The position numbers and the translations under genes are program-made. The notes beneath the pieces were generated by a model that was given only the letters and a program-made list of their open reading frames with translations, was not told the DNA's origin and did not search any database. From positions 12,010-76,009 of the forward strand of contig CAYHHA010000003.1 in NCBI GenBank assembly GCA_964356315.1: a DNA stretch of 64,000 bases, in the 5' to 3' direction. Source of the stretch: an uncultured Gammaproteobacteria bacterium (GTDB lineage: Bacteria > Patescibacteriota > Microgenomatia > UBA10105 > UBA927). Below, piece by piece: positions 26,284 through 39,900 of the stretch. How positions within the stretch are numbered: the stretch's first letter is position 1; each line of letters begins with the position of its first letter.

Positions 26284-26521
26284 TCGTTTTTTTTCGGAGG
26301 TTTACGCGGTTACTCGAACACATCTCTTCAAATAATTGTTTTGTTTTTTGGATACCGAGCGTGCGCTCCGTCAACACATAATCATCCCAATCCCCATAAT
26401 TGAGGATATGTTCAAGGATGCTCTTTTCTGATAGCCGGGATGTGTCTGCCAAATACCAGGTCAAATATGGCTTTTTTTGAAGCATTTCACTCAATGTTTC
26501 CATACATGCAGTATACCTCAT
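26243..26521 (-). CDS. Small hypothetical protein (92 aa) translationally coupled to the AbiEii-like gene; putative cognate antitoxin/partner
   Basis: The ORF sits directly upstream of, and overlapping, the nucleotidyltransferase gene. GAGG lies 13 nt before the internal ATG (METLSEM…). No recognisable domain. Confidence 0.4.
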   Translation of the reverse strand: MRYTACMETLSEMLQKKPYLTWYLADTSRLSEKSILEHILNYGDWDDYVLTERTLGIQKTKQLFEEMCSSNRVNLRKKTIAYFSRYYTAYAS

Positions 26522-26537
26522 TTTTACGAATCATGAG

Positions 26538-26567
26538 TAGTGTACACCCCTAAACTATTGAATATCA
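26538..26567 (-). promoter_or_regulatory. Candidate sigma70-like promoter for the small-ORF/AbiEii pair (minus strand TTGATA-18-TACACT)
   Basis: In the AT-rich 150-bp gap between the ATPase gene and the 92-aa ORF. Confidence 0.25.
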
Positions 26568-26673
26568 ATCACCATGCTTTACTATATCGATATATATCAT
26601 ACTATGATCTATATGGATCTTTTCAGATAGAAACTCTAGTTTGCGATTTGCGTGCAAAATCATAAAGCTCACT

Positions 26674-27900
26674 TCATACTGGGCGGGTAACAAAGTCCAA
26701 CACATTCTCACGATGGATTATCGCATAGGTAGAATCGGGATAATTTGTACTCCACGCGACCGGCGCCTTTTGTTTTTTCACCGTCCACTTTAATTCAAAC
26801 GCCTGCAACTTTCCTCCAGCATCTTCTACATAATCCACCTCTGCGCCATCCCACGTGCGCCAAAAATATGAGTTCACAGAATTTCCTGAATTATTCATAC
26901 ATTTGATCCGCTCTGATATGCAGAAATTTTCCCACAACGCTCCTGTGTCGGTCCGAAGTGACAGCGGGTTCACGTTATTGATAATGGCGTTGCGTACACC
27001 CACATCATAAAAGTATACTTTTCTCAGCTTCGAAAGTTCTTTCCGATGATTTCGCGCCAGGGGCCGTAGGGTAAATATAATAAACGCCTGTTCTAAAATC
27101 CGGATATAATTCATAACTGTTTTCTGATCAATGCCTAGCAAATTGCTCAGCTCAGTGCCTGATACTTCGTTCCCGATCTGTAACGCCAACGCCTGTACGA
27201 GTTTTTCTAAAATATCCGGATTTTTAATCCGCTGATATCCCAATACGTCTTTATACAGATAACTTTTGGTCAATACGTTCATCGACTCCCCCGCCTCACT
27301 TGGTTTGAGAATAGCGCTTGGATACATACCATATTGGAGATATCGCTCAATAAGTCTCATGGTCTCCAGTCGGTCCGATACTGAAAGAATCTCATCAAGA
27401 GAAAATGGATATAAATAAAATTCATAAATTCGGCCGGTTAATGGTTCTGAAATTTTATTTGACAGATCAAATGAGGAGGAGCCGGTCGCTATAATCTGCA
27501 TCCCCGGTGATGTATCAATGAGTAATTTCAGCGTGAGCCCAATATCAAGCACACGCTGCGCCTCATCGAAAACTACGAGCTTTTTATCTCCGATATAGGC
27601 ACGAAGTTCGGTTGATGTTTTATGTGTGAGCGCCTGGCGAACATCCGGCTCGTCGCAATTTAAATATACCGAATCGGTTTTATAGTGATTTAATATCTCG
27701 GTGACAAGAGTAGTTTTCCCAACCTGACGGGCTCCGTAGATTATAATTGCCTTCCCTTGGAACAATTTCGCTTCTACTCTCGGTTGAATACTCCGTTTAA
27801 TCTGCATAGTTAAGTGATTCAATTCCTTTAACTTATACCTATTTAGAGGATTTGTCAACAAAATCGGAAAGTCCCCTTTATATATCTCTTCTTTCCACAT
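26674..27900 (-). CDS. AAA+ ATPase of the AAA_14/DUF4143 family (ATP-binding protein); 408 aa from first ATG, 377 aa if it starts at MQIKRS… (27807)
   Basis: Walker A IIIYGARQVGKTTLV and Walker B LVVFDEAQ, with the overall architecture typical of DUF4143 ATPases. AGAGGAGAGGA lies upstream of ATG 27900. Confidence 0.7.
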   Translation of the reverse strand: MWKEEIYKGDFPILLTNPLNRYKLKELNHLTMQIKRSIQPRVEAKLFQGKAIIIYGARQVGKTTLVTEILNHYKTDSVYLNCDEPDVRQALTHKTSTELRAYIGDKKLVVFDEAQRVLDIGLTLKLLIDTSPGMQIIATGSSSFDLSNKISEPLTGRIYEFYLYPFSLDEILSVSDRLETMRLIERYLQYGMYPSAILKPSEAGESMNVLTKSYLYKDVLGYQRIKNPDILEKLVQALALQIGNEVSGTELSNLLGIDQKTVMNYIRILEQAFIIFTLRPLARNHRKELSKLRKVYFYDVGVRNAIINNVNPLSLRTDTGALWENFCISERIKCMNNSGNSVNSYFWRTWDGAEVDYVEDAGGKLQAFELKWTVKKQKAPVAWSTNYPDSTYAIIHRENVLDFVTRPV

Positions 27901-27927
27901 CTGTGCACCACGACCATCCTCTCCTCT

Positions 27928-30900
27928 TTAACAGGGATTAGTCACAGGCACGGTACGATCCTGCCTAAAGAAATCGTATAGATCATACCCAGCAGTAACA
28001 AACGGTCGGATTAAGTAATCTTTTGCAAGCTCTGTGATATCTTCACGTGATGGGAGTGATGCACGGATGCTTTGGATAGATATCGCTGGGACTGTGGCCC
28101 CTGCTTCACCACCAAACACTGCGCTGGCGTTCCTTTCCGCTTCAGAGGTAAACAGAGAATTTGTAAACGACGCGAACCCTGCACCTAAACCATCTTTCTT
28201 ACCTACGGTAAAGGCCTTGATTGCCTCTGCTTTTGCCCGGAACGGCGCACGAAGGAAAAGTACACAGGTATTCCCCACCTCGCCGAATGTCACGGCATAC
28301 ACGCGTCCTACGAGAGGGTTGAAAGAAACACAGTCAGACGCGCGTGCAACAAGACCTTGTTTCGTACTTTTCACCGGACGCATTAGAACGAATCCAAAAT
28401 CATCTACATTTCTAATTGACATTGCTTTTTGCTTTGGCACACCAAACAACATATCAGACCAGCTTTGTGCGCCTGTCTGCGCTCCCACATAAATCGATTG
28501 AATCGTACTTGCTGCATTTTGCAGGGTAGTTGATTTTTTTATAGCTTCACTAACTTGTTTTAACCTATCAGAAACATCTGAAGTACCTTTCTCCACGGCA
28601 TCGGATCCGAAAAAAAACGTATCACCATCTTGTATCGGGTAGCTATTTCCGTACGCAATCATATTTGGCAATAAAAACGATACAGGAGTGGAACCTGTGC
28701 CCGAGTTGTATAAAAACTGATATTTTTGACGCTCTGAGTCGTCTAGAGCAGACCACGCCTTCACAAACAAATCTGTATCTTCCCAAGAGGCTGGGTTCTG
28801 ACGATTGAGAATCCTAGTCACATCTTCGGGAGTCAATGATTTTGTCGTAAAGAGACTTTCGTAGGCTCCGTTGGCATGAATCACATATTGATTCGGATCA
28901 CCTACAACATAGGAGAACATATACTGCATTCCATTTTTCTCGTAAGGAATATGAATAGAAAACACCATGTTTCCAGTGACCAGCATCTCTTTAGAGAGTG
29001 CGTCATCCACTGCTTGCCGTACTTTACTAGAAATAGCATTGCGTCGATCAGAATCACTCTCAAATAATACTGGATTAAAATTGTTCATCGCACTATCAAC
29101 GAGTTTCGCAAATGTAACTGCGCTTGCTTGAATTTCTTGGGCTGACAATTCTCCGATAATAGATGGACTATCCACTACGATTGAATACCGGTCGTTCGTA
29201 ACGGTCACATCTCCCCCACCAACATGGATAGTAGATGTATGAAATGGGATATCCGAAGAATCCGCTAGTCCTTTTCCTATTTTCCCAACCGCTAACGATG
29301 CGCTTTCCACAGGAACTGTACTTGGAACGCTGGATTTCTTCGTAGACAACACTTCTTTGGATGGTGTTGTAGTCACTGCTTGTGGCGCCGTTTCTCTCTG
29401 TAGCTTCCATGCTGAAAACGCAATAGTATTATTCACGCGCACAAGTATGTCTATGGTACGACCATCGGATAATTTAATAGTCGTAGTCTCACTACTACTC
29501 ATTGAGTATTCTTCTAAAACTCTCTTTACGGATAATGCGTCAGCTGCGTTAAGCGAATATTTGGAATCGATAGCATTGAGTATCTTTGATCTTGCGTCTA
29601 CCAAATCAGAATGGGCGATAATTCTTCCCATAAATACACCGCGTTCTGCATTTATATACACCCCATTTTTTGGTGATATCTCAGAATCAAATTGAACAAC
29701 CGGCTCGCCTAACAAATCACCTTGGTTGAAGAGCGCCACCCGTCCTTTCACATCAATTCCTACTATATAAACCGTTTCAGACCCATTAAATTCGACTGTA
29801 TCGCCGACTCGTAGATCTGTACTCCTAATTAAAGTAGATTCACCTAACCTCATCATACCGCCCCCGATATCCGCAGGAGCAGATCGATACTGTTTATGTG
29901 GAAAAGCAATTCCATTTATTTTAACTATCGATATATCACCCTTCACATCAATTTGTACTGCATCAGGCGTTATCACGATTTCTGAGCTCGTATACAATGT
30001 ACGAAGACTTTGTTTCCCATTTTGCAATGCTCCAACCACTACTTCTTTTTGTTCTGGGGTGGAGGATGATGGTTGACTCGCGATACTAGATTTTTTTGAA
30101 CTTGGGGCCATTAAATAGTGCATTGGTGGACTATTTACATCCAAACGTTCCTCGGCGCTCATAACTGCGGCTGCTAACATATATTCACCATCCCCAGGTG
30201 AAACACAGGGGATTCCCCGAATACGTAATGCAGTATTAGAATATATAACAACAGGGATATTTAATGCGTTTCGAATTTTTTCAGGATCATCATGCCCATC
30301 CACAATAACAACATTTGGAGATTCGTTAACATACCTCTTAAATGTCGCTTGAGAATCAGCAATTAAAATATTATCCCTATCAGCCCCGTAATTCAATAAG
30401 TTTCTTCGTATTTCTTCTCGAACATATTCGTTTTGAACTACTACAAGTATCCTATAAGGCTGAAGATTTATTCCTGCTTTCTGTGCATACGACGGGTAAG
30501 TTCCAGTAATTGCCACATCCATTTTTATCGGTATATTGTCTGATTCATTTTGCAGAAAATCAGTACCTTTCAAATACGCTTCTATCTCGCCAGGATTCAA
30601 TGAGCTCGCCCTGCTCCCAAGAGCCGCTCGAAACGCTTCAGCCATCGCTTTTTCTATGCCTGCTCTTCCAAGTTTAGATGGTTTCAATTCCCGTGTCGCG
30701 TTGAAATATGAGGCAATTGCAAGTAAGCGATCTTCTGTTGACACATTTCCTGCAAAAAGGACGCGAAAGATACTCGTTTCAAATTGGTGATACAGCTCTG
30801 CATAGGCCTCTGAAACGATCCCCGGATTCTCTTCGAGATTTGCCGGATCCCCAATAACAGAAAGTGTTGCCTGTTGCCAAACGCTTCCACTCGCAGAGTC

Positions 30901-33900
30901 CACCGCTCCGTTTTGCCGTAATTCATGTGCTCGTCTGGCAATCATAAGCACGATTGCAAGCTTCTCGTTGGCCTCTGGTGTCAGATATGGACTGTATTCC
31001 CTCACGAGATCATGGGATAATTCATGTGCTATCAGATCCCGAATATACGCTCTATTTGGACCATCCGCACCTTCACTTTTTGCCAAAAAGGCCACACTTG
31101 AGCGAATTACGATGACACCTGTTCTTTGATCATATATACCAAGGATCGATTTTAGTCGTTCTTGAATGTCTGTTTCAGTAACAGATTCAGGCCTTGTTCC
31201 TTTTGGCAATTCGTTAATCAACTGCTCTTTCACATTTGCATAGAGGGATTTCTCAAACGCGACATCATCTTTAGAGACAATAGGCACTGTTTTTGCATCT
31301 GCGTTAGCGGTTTTCAACGGCATGCCCATTTCGGTGAATTGATCATTCACACGGGTATATTCTGCATCGAACACATCACGGTGCAACACCTCTTGCTCGA
31401 CTAACCATTTTCGGAGTTGCTTTTCAAGACTTGTCACATCACCAGAGGACAATTGCTTTGGAGAATCGAGTAGCAATTGCTCCACAAATCCGCGAATTGG
31501 ACTTGACTCGAGCTCCCCATAAAGAAGTGATGTCAGAGGAGAAAGATTCACAGACTTATCGCTGTTGTATGCCGTTACTACCCGCGTCAAATCCTTTTTC
31601 GCTTTGGCAAAATCTGTGGTTCGTTCTATTTCATCCTTAACTGATCGCCATGGAGATGTAGCTATGTCAAAATTCGCACGGAATTCCGCGATAACACTGG
31701 CCACTTCCTTCGCCGGTACTATTAACCGATCAAGAAAATTTGGAGAGGATTGGGATGATTGGACAGATTTAGGACTGATCGGATTACTATTGATAATTTC
31801 TTTCGAATAAAACTGTTCGCGAGCCTTGAGAACGGCGTCGATATTCTTGGCCGGAATATTGATAAGATAGAGGTCGCCTGATTTGTCTATGTACACTCGA
31901 AAATACTGCGGGGTCATTATACCGTAATATGCCAAACCTAAAACATCACCTGACTGCAAATCGGTGTTATCTTTAGCTGAATATCTTCTTGTCACTGATG
32001 GTCTTTGTTTTGCATTTTTCCACCACGGTCCGTTTGTGATAACAAAGTTTTTCGTAGTTTTATGAACTCCCACATACACCGAATTTTCTTCATTCAGAGA
32101 AGTTGTTGAAATGTCGCCAGATTCGCCTATTTTTACGAAGTATTTTTTGTATTCGACTGGAGCATCTGCTAGGGTGATATCTGATTTTTGGATCACAAAC
32201 ACACTTTCCGTATATACACTGCGTTTTTCCTTAGATTCTTTCGGATTTATACGGATTGCAGATTGTACATCTGGTTCTTCTGGCCATAGAGACATGTCGA
32301 CATTTACTTCTGAATTCTCTGGTGATGTAGGAGCCTGCCCTTGCATGCTATCATTCCACATGGTGTCGTGATACGCATCTATCCCCGCATTTATCCGCTG
32401 TATTGTATCCTCTGTAGTACCCAGGAATGTCTGCAACGCTGTGATGGTTCTATCATTCACTTTGGATGCAAATATATCGAAGGAGAGAATCGGTTCTGCC
32501 TGTGGAACAATCACAGTAGCGCTCGCTTCATCAGCTTTAAACAGTCGCGAAGCAGTAGATAAAGATATGCTTTCTGTTTGAACGTCATCAATAGATTTTA
32601 TATTTCCTATAGTGTTAGCAAACCTTATCATCTGGAGACCATATATATATAGCTGTGCCTCAGTCTCAAACCGATCAGCATATACCATAGCTGTGCTTGC
32701 GATCTCTGCATATCGTGCGAATTCACTGACAATTGTCGCTACCTCAGTTTTAAACGCTTCTATGATGATTTGTTTGTCTCCTTCAGGTAATGCTTCAAAG
32801 TGCGCAGAAATGGCAGGACGTTCTACCTGTGAAAATAAACCAGTTCCAAACAACCCATCGGTTTTTACTTCGTCCTGCGCATCAATACGTTTTCCTTGCT
32901 TTATCTTAAACTCAGCCATGCGGTAAGCATTCTCTATACGTTTCTTCAATCCCGCTTCATACTGTACTGCGAGATCCTCATAGGTCGTAGATTCGAGCAG
33001 TGTTTCTGCTTCTTCCAATTCCGTCCGCTGTGTCAGGCCTCCCAATGTAACCTTTCTATTATTCTCTGTGAATTCTTTCACTAACATTTTTATTGTTATC
33101 GGAGACGTATTTACTCGCTCTTTTGCTTCATTGGTCAGAGTTTCAAATATTGTTTGCACGTTTTTCATTCTCTTTATAGTTTGTTGGGTAAAAAAGTACG
33201 AATTCAGATCTGCTCCGTACTTTTTAACAAATACATGTATAGCATCGAACATCTCAATTGATTTTGATTTATAATATTTATCCCATCCGTTATCTTCAAA
33301 ATCTGGACCAAGTGAGACCCGATATGTAGAGGTTGTAGTCTTTGCCATTACCAGTAGCAACGAAGTCAACCACTCTTCTGGTGATGTCTTTAAATCACTA
33401 TGGGCATATAACATACTCAGCGTTACCCAGTTATTATTATCAAAGGTCAATGATTCAATAAGCGAAGCGATGACATCAGGATCATTAAATACTAATTTCT
33501 CCTCTTTTGATTTTTTTGCAACCTCTTTTTGTTTCTTTAAGAGATACTGCTTCAGTGTCCCATCTGCAAACTCTATAAATTCAATTTTTGATTTCCACGG
33601 ATAGGCTGATAGTTGCACGGACGGTGTACCAAACAGTTGCAAAAATACCAGTTCACCGATATACGGATTATATGCTGGATCCACAGATTTCCATGATTCT
33701 AGCCATTCGGCAAATACTCCTTCATTCGTTTGTAGAGCTATTTTTTCGAATAAAAATTTATCATATATATCCCCAATTATTGCCCCGTATGAGTTACTAA
33801 AACCTATTTTTTGCAATAATTCCGGTTTTTCCTCCTTGCTCAATGTATTGATATAGAGAGTCATAACCGAATATATATTCTCTACCCCTTGTAGCCGATT

Positions 33901-36900
33901 CCATTCCGATTGAATGTTTTTTGCAAACTCTTCTCTACCCAAATATTCATACCTTGACTCAAAATAGGACCATGCATTGAGTTTATTTGCAATAAATGTC
34001 AGAGCTTTTGGTTGAATTAGCTCGCCAAAGTAGCCTCGTTCGGCAAATGGCCAATCCAATATCTGCTGAATCGTTGAAACTTCCTGAACGTCATCATCAG
34101 TGGCGTTTATATCAGATCCCATATTTTTTAGCGATTCCTGAACGATGAATGGCTGAATATATGACCATAATTGGTCTGCAGCTTCAGGGGGCAATGTTAC
34201 GGATAAATTTAATAATTTCTCTGCCAGAATTTGATGCCCTTCTCCTTCTATATCCGATAAATTCAACGCAAATTTGACCATGCCTTTCGGCAAACCTAAT
34301 ATTTTTAGGGCATACTCAGCCTGGCTTGTATCTTGAGCAATTTCCAAACTGGAGAGAATGTCAGGATCTCTAATACCCGTTGTGTACAAAAACACCAGTA
34401 AGTCCTGCTTCGTACCTCTGGACTCCCTGAAATTCAAGATGCCTCCGAGCTTCTTTGCTGCCGATTGGGTAAAATATTTCACACCGCCCCGTACGTCATA
34501 GCACTTCCCACCACATAAATCTTTCTCATTGGCTTCCATAACTTCCAGAATTTTCCCTCTTCCCTGATCTATCAACAATTGTGGCGTAAGATCGCGATAA
34601 TATGCGACTATTTTTTCACCGGTCTTTATTTGCTCCTCCAATGCTTTTGTCTGACGATGATGCCCATCATCCACCCAGCGCTTGTCTGAGGCATCAACCC
34701 ATGTTCCCATAATACCCGCACGCCGAAGATCATACCTCTTTCCTTCTATGGCAACATTTATTTTTTTTCCTAATTTTGTAACTTTTTCCTGCAAATCCTG
34801 GTGAATACCTACGTCGTCTACCGGTAATTTCAATATATTTGCAAACGGATTTATGGTTGTTTTACCCTCAAAATATCGCAATCTCAACTCGATTTCATCA
34901 AGGTTTGAATAAATTGCAGTATTATTTATGGAACTGGCACTTTGCTTTTCATTCTTATGGATAAAAGGAACAGCATTTTCCGCCATTAACGCAATGGCTA
35001 ATTTTTTGATTCCCCATTTATCTTTAATAGCGGTAAGGATAAGTGAAGATACTAACGACTCTTCGAGTAATGATTCCTCATGTTCAATTCCATATGTAAA
35101 TCGGGCTCGGTTTCCATACGTCAGAGTTTCTATAATCGGAAGATATTCGGGATTCTCAAGGGCCAGAGTAAACCATTTTGCCCGATCATCATACAGTGCG
35201 AGCTGCTTTTTTAGAAACACCTGCTGCTGTATATATGCTATATATGGATTTGGAACTTTAGTGATGATAAATACCCCATATCCAACGTCCTTCATTTGTA
35301 TCGGCTTATCATACGTTTTTTGACTGTTCATGACCATAAATCCTATGGATCCCATAGAGCCATATGACACCACAGTCGGAAGTTGCGCCAATTGCGTAAC
35401 TTTCTGTTGGCTCGTCAGTGTCATATCACTCTCTATAAATGCACGCAGTTGGACTAATTCATGAGGAGTTGGAGTTGTTATATCGATCACAACATCATGC
35501 CCACTCTTATCTTTAAATGTAAATTTGAACCCATCATTTCCAACATAATAGATTCCCAATGTCTGATATTGTTCCTGTAATTTTTTTGCCAGAGCTTCTA
35601 TATTTTTATTGAGTTCGACGCGATCAAGATTTTCATTGCTGTTTGCACGTGCTTTATCTGCCTCCAGAGTCTGAATATCGCCAATAATCGTTCGAATGGT
35701 AGTCTCGTCAAAAGCAACCGAGTCAGAAATCTTTAGCACATCGTGTAACGATTGTGTCGAGGCACCCGTGCGCAGTTGGCGTTGGACTGCTGTCTGCAAT
35801 TGGTCCACGTCTCCATGCTCTTTGCGACTCTCGTCGTATTTTTTCGCCAAAAGAGTACGGTCTTCTCGCAAATATTCTGCTGTAACATCTAAAATCGAAT
35901 CATTGCCAAATTCAGATATATTTAAGTAGTCTTCTTTGTGCGAGGATGTCATCTCTGGAATCTTTAATCCATACGATTCGCCCGTTTTCGCATCTGCAGC
36001 GATCCGATTCCACAGATAGATACCTATCGCGTCGACGAATGCATTGACGAGCGACGGTTCCTGAGATATGCCTTGAGATGTAAATAAAGCTCCTACAATT
36101 TCCCGTAGGCGTGCTTCATTCGCCGTAGTAAAGCCGTTGGCTGTGGCATCGGCAGACACATACCACCCTTCTGGAGTTATAGAAGTCTGCATAAGAGATC
36201 TTATGGATTCAAAAAATGCTGCCGTATCCCCTGTTACATCCTTTTTGATAGCCGCACGTAGTATTGCATTCACCATAGGAATTGCATCTATCGGAGCAAC
36301 CCCATCTGATACAAACTGCGCTGCAATTCCAGCACTTTGTGACACTACCTCAGCACTTCTTGCAAGATCAAATCCCGCGTCCATAGCAGCTCCAATGGGA
36401 AAGACTCCGGAGAGAAGCGCATCGATCATATGTTTTACGTTTGGCACAGAACGTAGATATGATGGCAAATTTCTGTATATAATGTGCCTGAGCGTTCTCC
36501 TTTCAATCTGAGAGATCTGTGCCTCTGACGGCACTTCATACACGGCAAACTGACCATCTTGGCTTCCAACCAACAGCACTGTTTTATCTTTGTATGTAAT
36601 CAGTACTTTTCCTTGAAAGACAGGAACTTGAGGTGATCCCATTGCCTTCCAGAGACTGATAGTTGAAAGTGTCGTTTCACTTTTCTTGTCACCTTCAAAT
36701 TGTACAGTCATCGATTCTTTGGATGATACGCCTATGTTAAACGTTTTTGCCAACTCAGTGTAGATCTGTACCATCGTCGAAGCAGTTTTTTCTATGGTTG
36801 AATGATACGTCACGCCATCGAATTGAACCGATGTGTATGGGAAATCTGCTGAATCACGCTCAAAGTATTTATAGGCCACATCAGTTTTGTCCTCATTCGA

Positions 36901-39900
36901 TTGTATGAGTATTGATCGGCCATCTCTTGATATCACAACGGGCCGGTGTGCACGCAGCTCTGTTTCCACCTGATAATCAGTGAGATTATTTCTGTACCCT
37001 CCGGGTACATCATCATGTCCCGCCAATTGCCCCATCATTGATTCGGCAGGATCATACCCCACAAAGCGTTTAACGGCTTTCACAATATCTTCCGGAGGAA
37101 GTAGCCAAGATGAGACACTATCGGAGAATATTGTGCTGAACTCTACTGATTCCCACGAGGTAGATGCAAATTCCCCAACTTGTGCTTGAAACGGCAGTGT
37201 GGATGGATCAAAAATGACATCAGGAGTTATAGATTTAACTTCAAGGAAAGCTGGATCAACATGAAACAGAGGAGCTGTGGCCAGTGATGATCCTTTTGTG
37301 TTTGCGTTACCACCGCGTGGTGCTTCTATCGGTTTTGACTGTTGCAGTCGTGCGTACACATACCTTCCCAGCTCGTTGGTAAGCCTGAGGAGCGCTACAT
37401 TGGATATAGCGGAATTATTACGTCCCAGAGAATTCTCTGCAAGTACTTTGGTTATTTTTGTGGTATTTGCTTGCGCTAAGACGAACGCAGACTCAGGGTT
37501 TTTATCATCTGCCTTGGGCATGACCCAACCTGTCTTCATACCATCCAGATCATCTACAGATTTTTTCAAGGCAGACAGAACCGTAGGAAGCTCGCTTCTT
37601 TTTTCAAACCCCACACTAAATATGGTCTGAACATACACAGACAACAACCGCTCCACGGAAACTGCAGACTCACGTGCCTCGTTGAGTTGAGATTGTATGC
37701 CCGTGAGAGCCATCCTAAATTCCGGATTTGCCTGAATTGCTTCAACAGCATCTGTCAACTGCGATACTGATGTATAGAGTCCGAGCGCGGGCAGGATTGA
37801 TTTAATGACCGAGTCTCTGGATGCGTCTGCAAGAGTGATGGTTGGTTCCATGGTCAACAGGAGGTCGATCATGGTATTCCCCGCTGATTTTTTCTCATCC
37901 TGAACTGCTTTATCGGGAATTTGGGAGAATACTGCTTCTGCAAACGGGCGAAGGAATACGTACAGATCGTAGTTTTTTCCCGAAGTATTCAAAGAAGCGA
38001 GGTGTGCTGCAAGTATTGGTCTGTTTAACTCTTTGGTTTGCAAACCTGTGGGAGCAATGAATGCAAGAAGCTCTTTGAGAAATGCAGGATTTGTGAGGAT
38101 TTCATCTGCATTTTTTGGTTCAGGTTCGCCAAATGATGTCACCTTTTGAATTGCCGCAATCGCCTTTTGGAGTTCCGTTACAACAGTCGGCAGATCTTTC
38201 ATACTCACACTTCCAAGCAACTGCACTAGAGATGGCATATAGAGGGAAAATTGTTGCATAGCCTCTTGAGGAGTATTGGTACCCGTTTGGAATGATGTAG
38301 CCAGCTCCCCCATCGCTTTTTGAAGTCTTGTCACTTGAGCTCCGGTTCCCGCCATATCTGACTGAATCTTATCGAGTGGAAACCCCGAAGAGACAAATTC
38401 GTTTATAAATCCAGTGGCTAGCGCTTCATACTCCGTGGTACTTTCTTTCCATGTTTGTGGAACTTCCTCAAGCAGTTTAACTGTCAGATTTCGTACCCGT
38501 TGCATTGGAGGCTCTGTGTATAAAAAGAGCTTTTTATATGCGTCCACTTTTTGACCGTCTTTTTCAAGCGCGGCAATCAGGATTGATGCATTTTGTTCCA
38601 GTGTTAGAGATTCATTGTATGCAATCCCCAAACCGAATTTGATGTTTGCTGATTTCATCAACTGGGTAAGTTTGTTGCGTGTTGAATCGGGAGCGTCTTT
38701 CACCTGCTCTGCGGTTCCACCTTTCAATTTTTGCACATCAAGGAGTTGTTTATCCATACTTCTCCATACGTTCACATAGGCTCCAGCTATAGCCAACCTT
38801 CCTTCGGGTGTCTGTATAGTTTGCTGAAATGCAGACAATGGCGATCCTGCAAAATTCTTTATATTTACATTTGCACTCTTCAGAACCGCTTCCAGAAATT
38901 TACCGGGAGATACGGCTATCTGTTCTTCCGTTACCCCATATGTACCGACCGTAGCTCCCATCAGATTATCAAATTCACTCAACTGTGCCATATCGATGGT
39001 ACTACTTTTTTTCACCTGCTCGGCAAATTCTTCGAGTTTTGCTATGACCGTAGACTCAGGTGGAACTTTTGCAAATATCGAACTCCCGAGTGAGGAGAAT
39101 TCTCCATGTAACGATCCTTGAGAGTCCTGCATATTTTCAAAGAGTGCCCGTATAAACGATGGGTCCAAGAGCACTAAAAATGAATTAGGATTTGATGCTA
39201 CACTCGCTCGCACCGCATCTAAAAATGTATCCTTAGTACTTTTCACCGGTGATTTTATTTCCGATAACACTGATGTCATTTTTTGTTCCATCTGCTTCAT
39301 TGTTTCCTCATCACTTAACTTCGTCCCTTTGTAGCCGTCCAAAAGCGCCTGTATTGATTCCAATGACTTCTCCATTTGTAGTTTAATAACTGAAGGACCG
39401 GCATCTGTTGGAGTCAGAGAATCCAGAAGACTCTGTACCCAGGTAGTTAATCTATCAGCATACACTGCATCATTCCATAGCGTTGCGTCTTCTGCTTTTG
39501 GAGCCGGGTAGAGTTCCAGTAATCCTGTTTGTCCCACAGCTTCACTGACTCGATTTTGAAGCAAACTCAGGACATTGCGAGTAGCCTTCATTACAGCATC
39601 TGCGTTTGATAGTTCTTTTCTGAGGCTCTCCAAAGGCTTTATGACACGTTCATATGACTGATCTGCAATTTCTGTTCTAAACGCTCTGACATCAGTACCG
39701 ACTGAATTTGTATTCCAATCGCCTTTTTGTATAATACCGACCAACACATGGACAGCAAATTTTTTATAACCACTGAGCCGCGCAAACGTATGAGCAAATT
39801 TCTCTGTTCCTGCAGTCAATTCAATAAACTCAGGGGCAAAGCCATATTGTTTTCCGTACGCTTCAAGTAGCGCTTTCAGTCGCTGAACAACCTCATCCGT

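Noticed and set aside
24477-27930. The two giant ORFs being one gene split by an insertion
   Set aside because: Giant B ends with a bona fide TAA. Three complete genes intervene, and giant A starts with its own TGA-bounded N-terminus and signal-peptide-like segment. An ancestral fusion cannot be excluded but is not supported.
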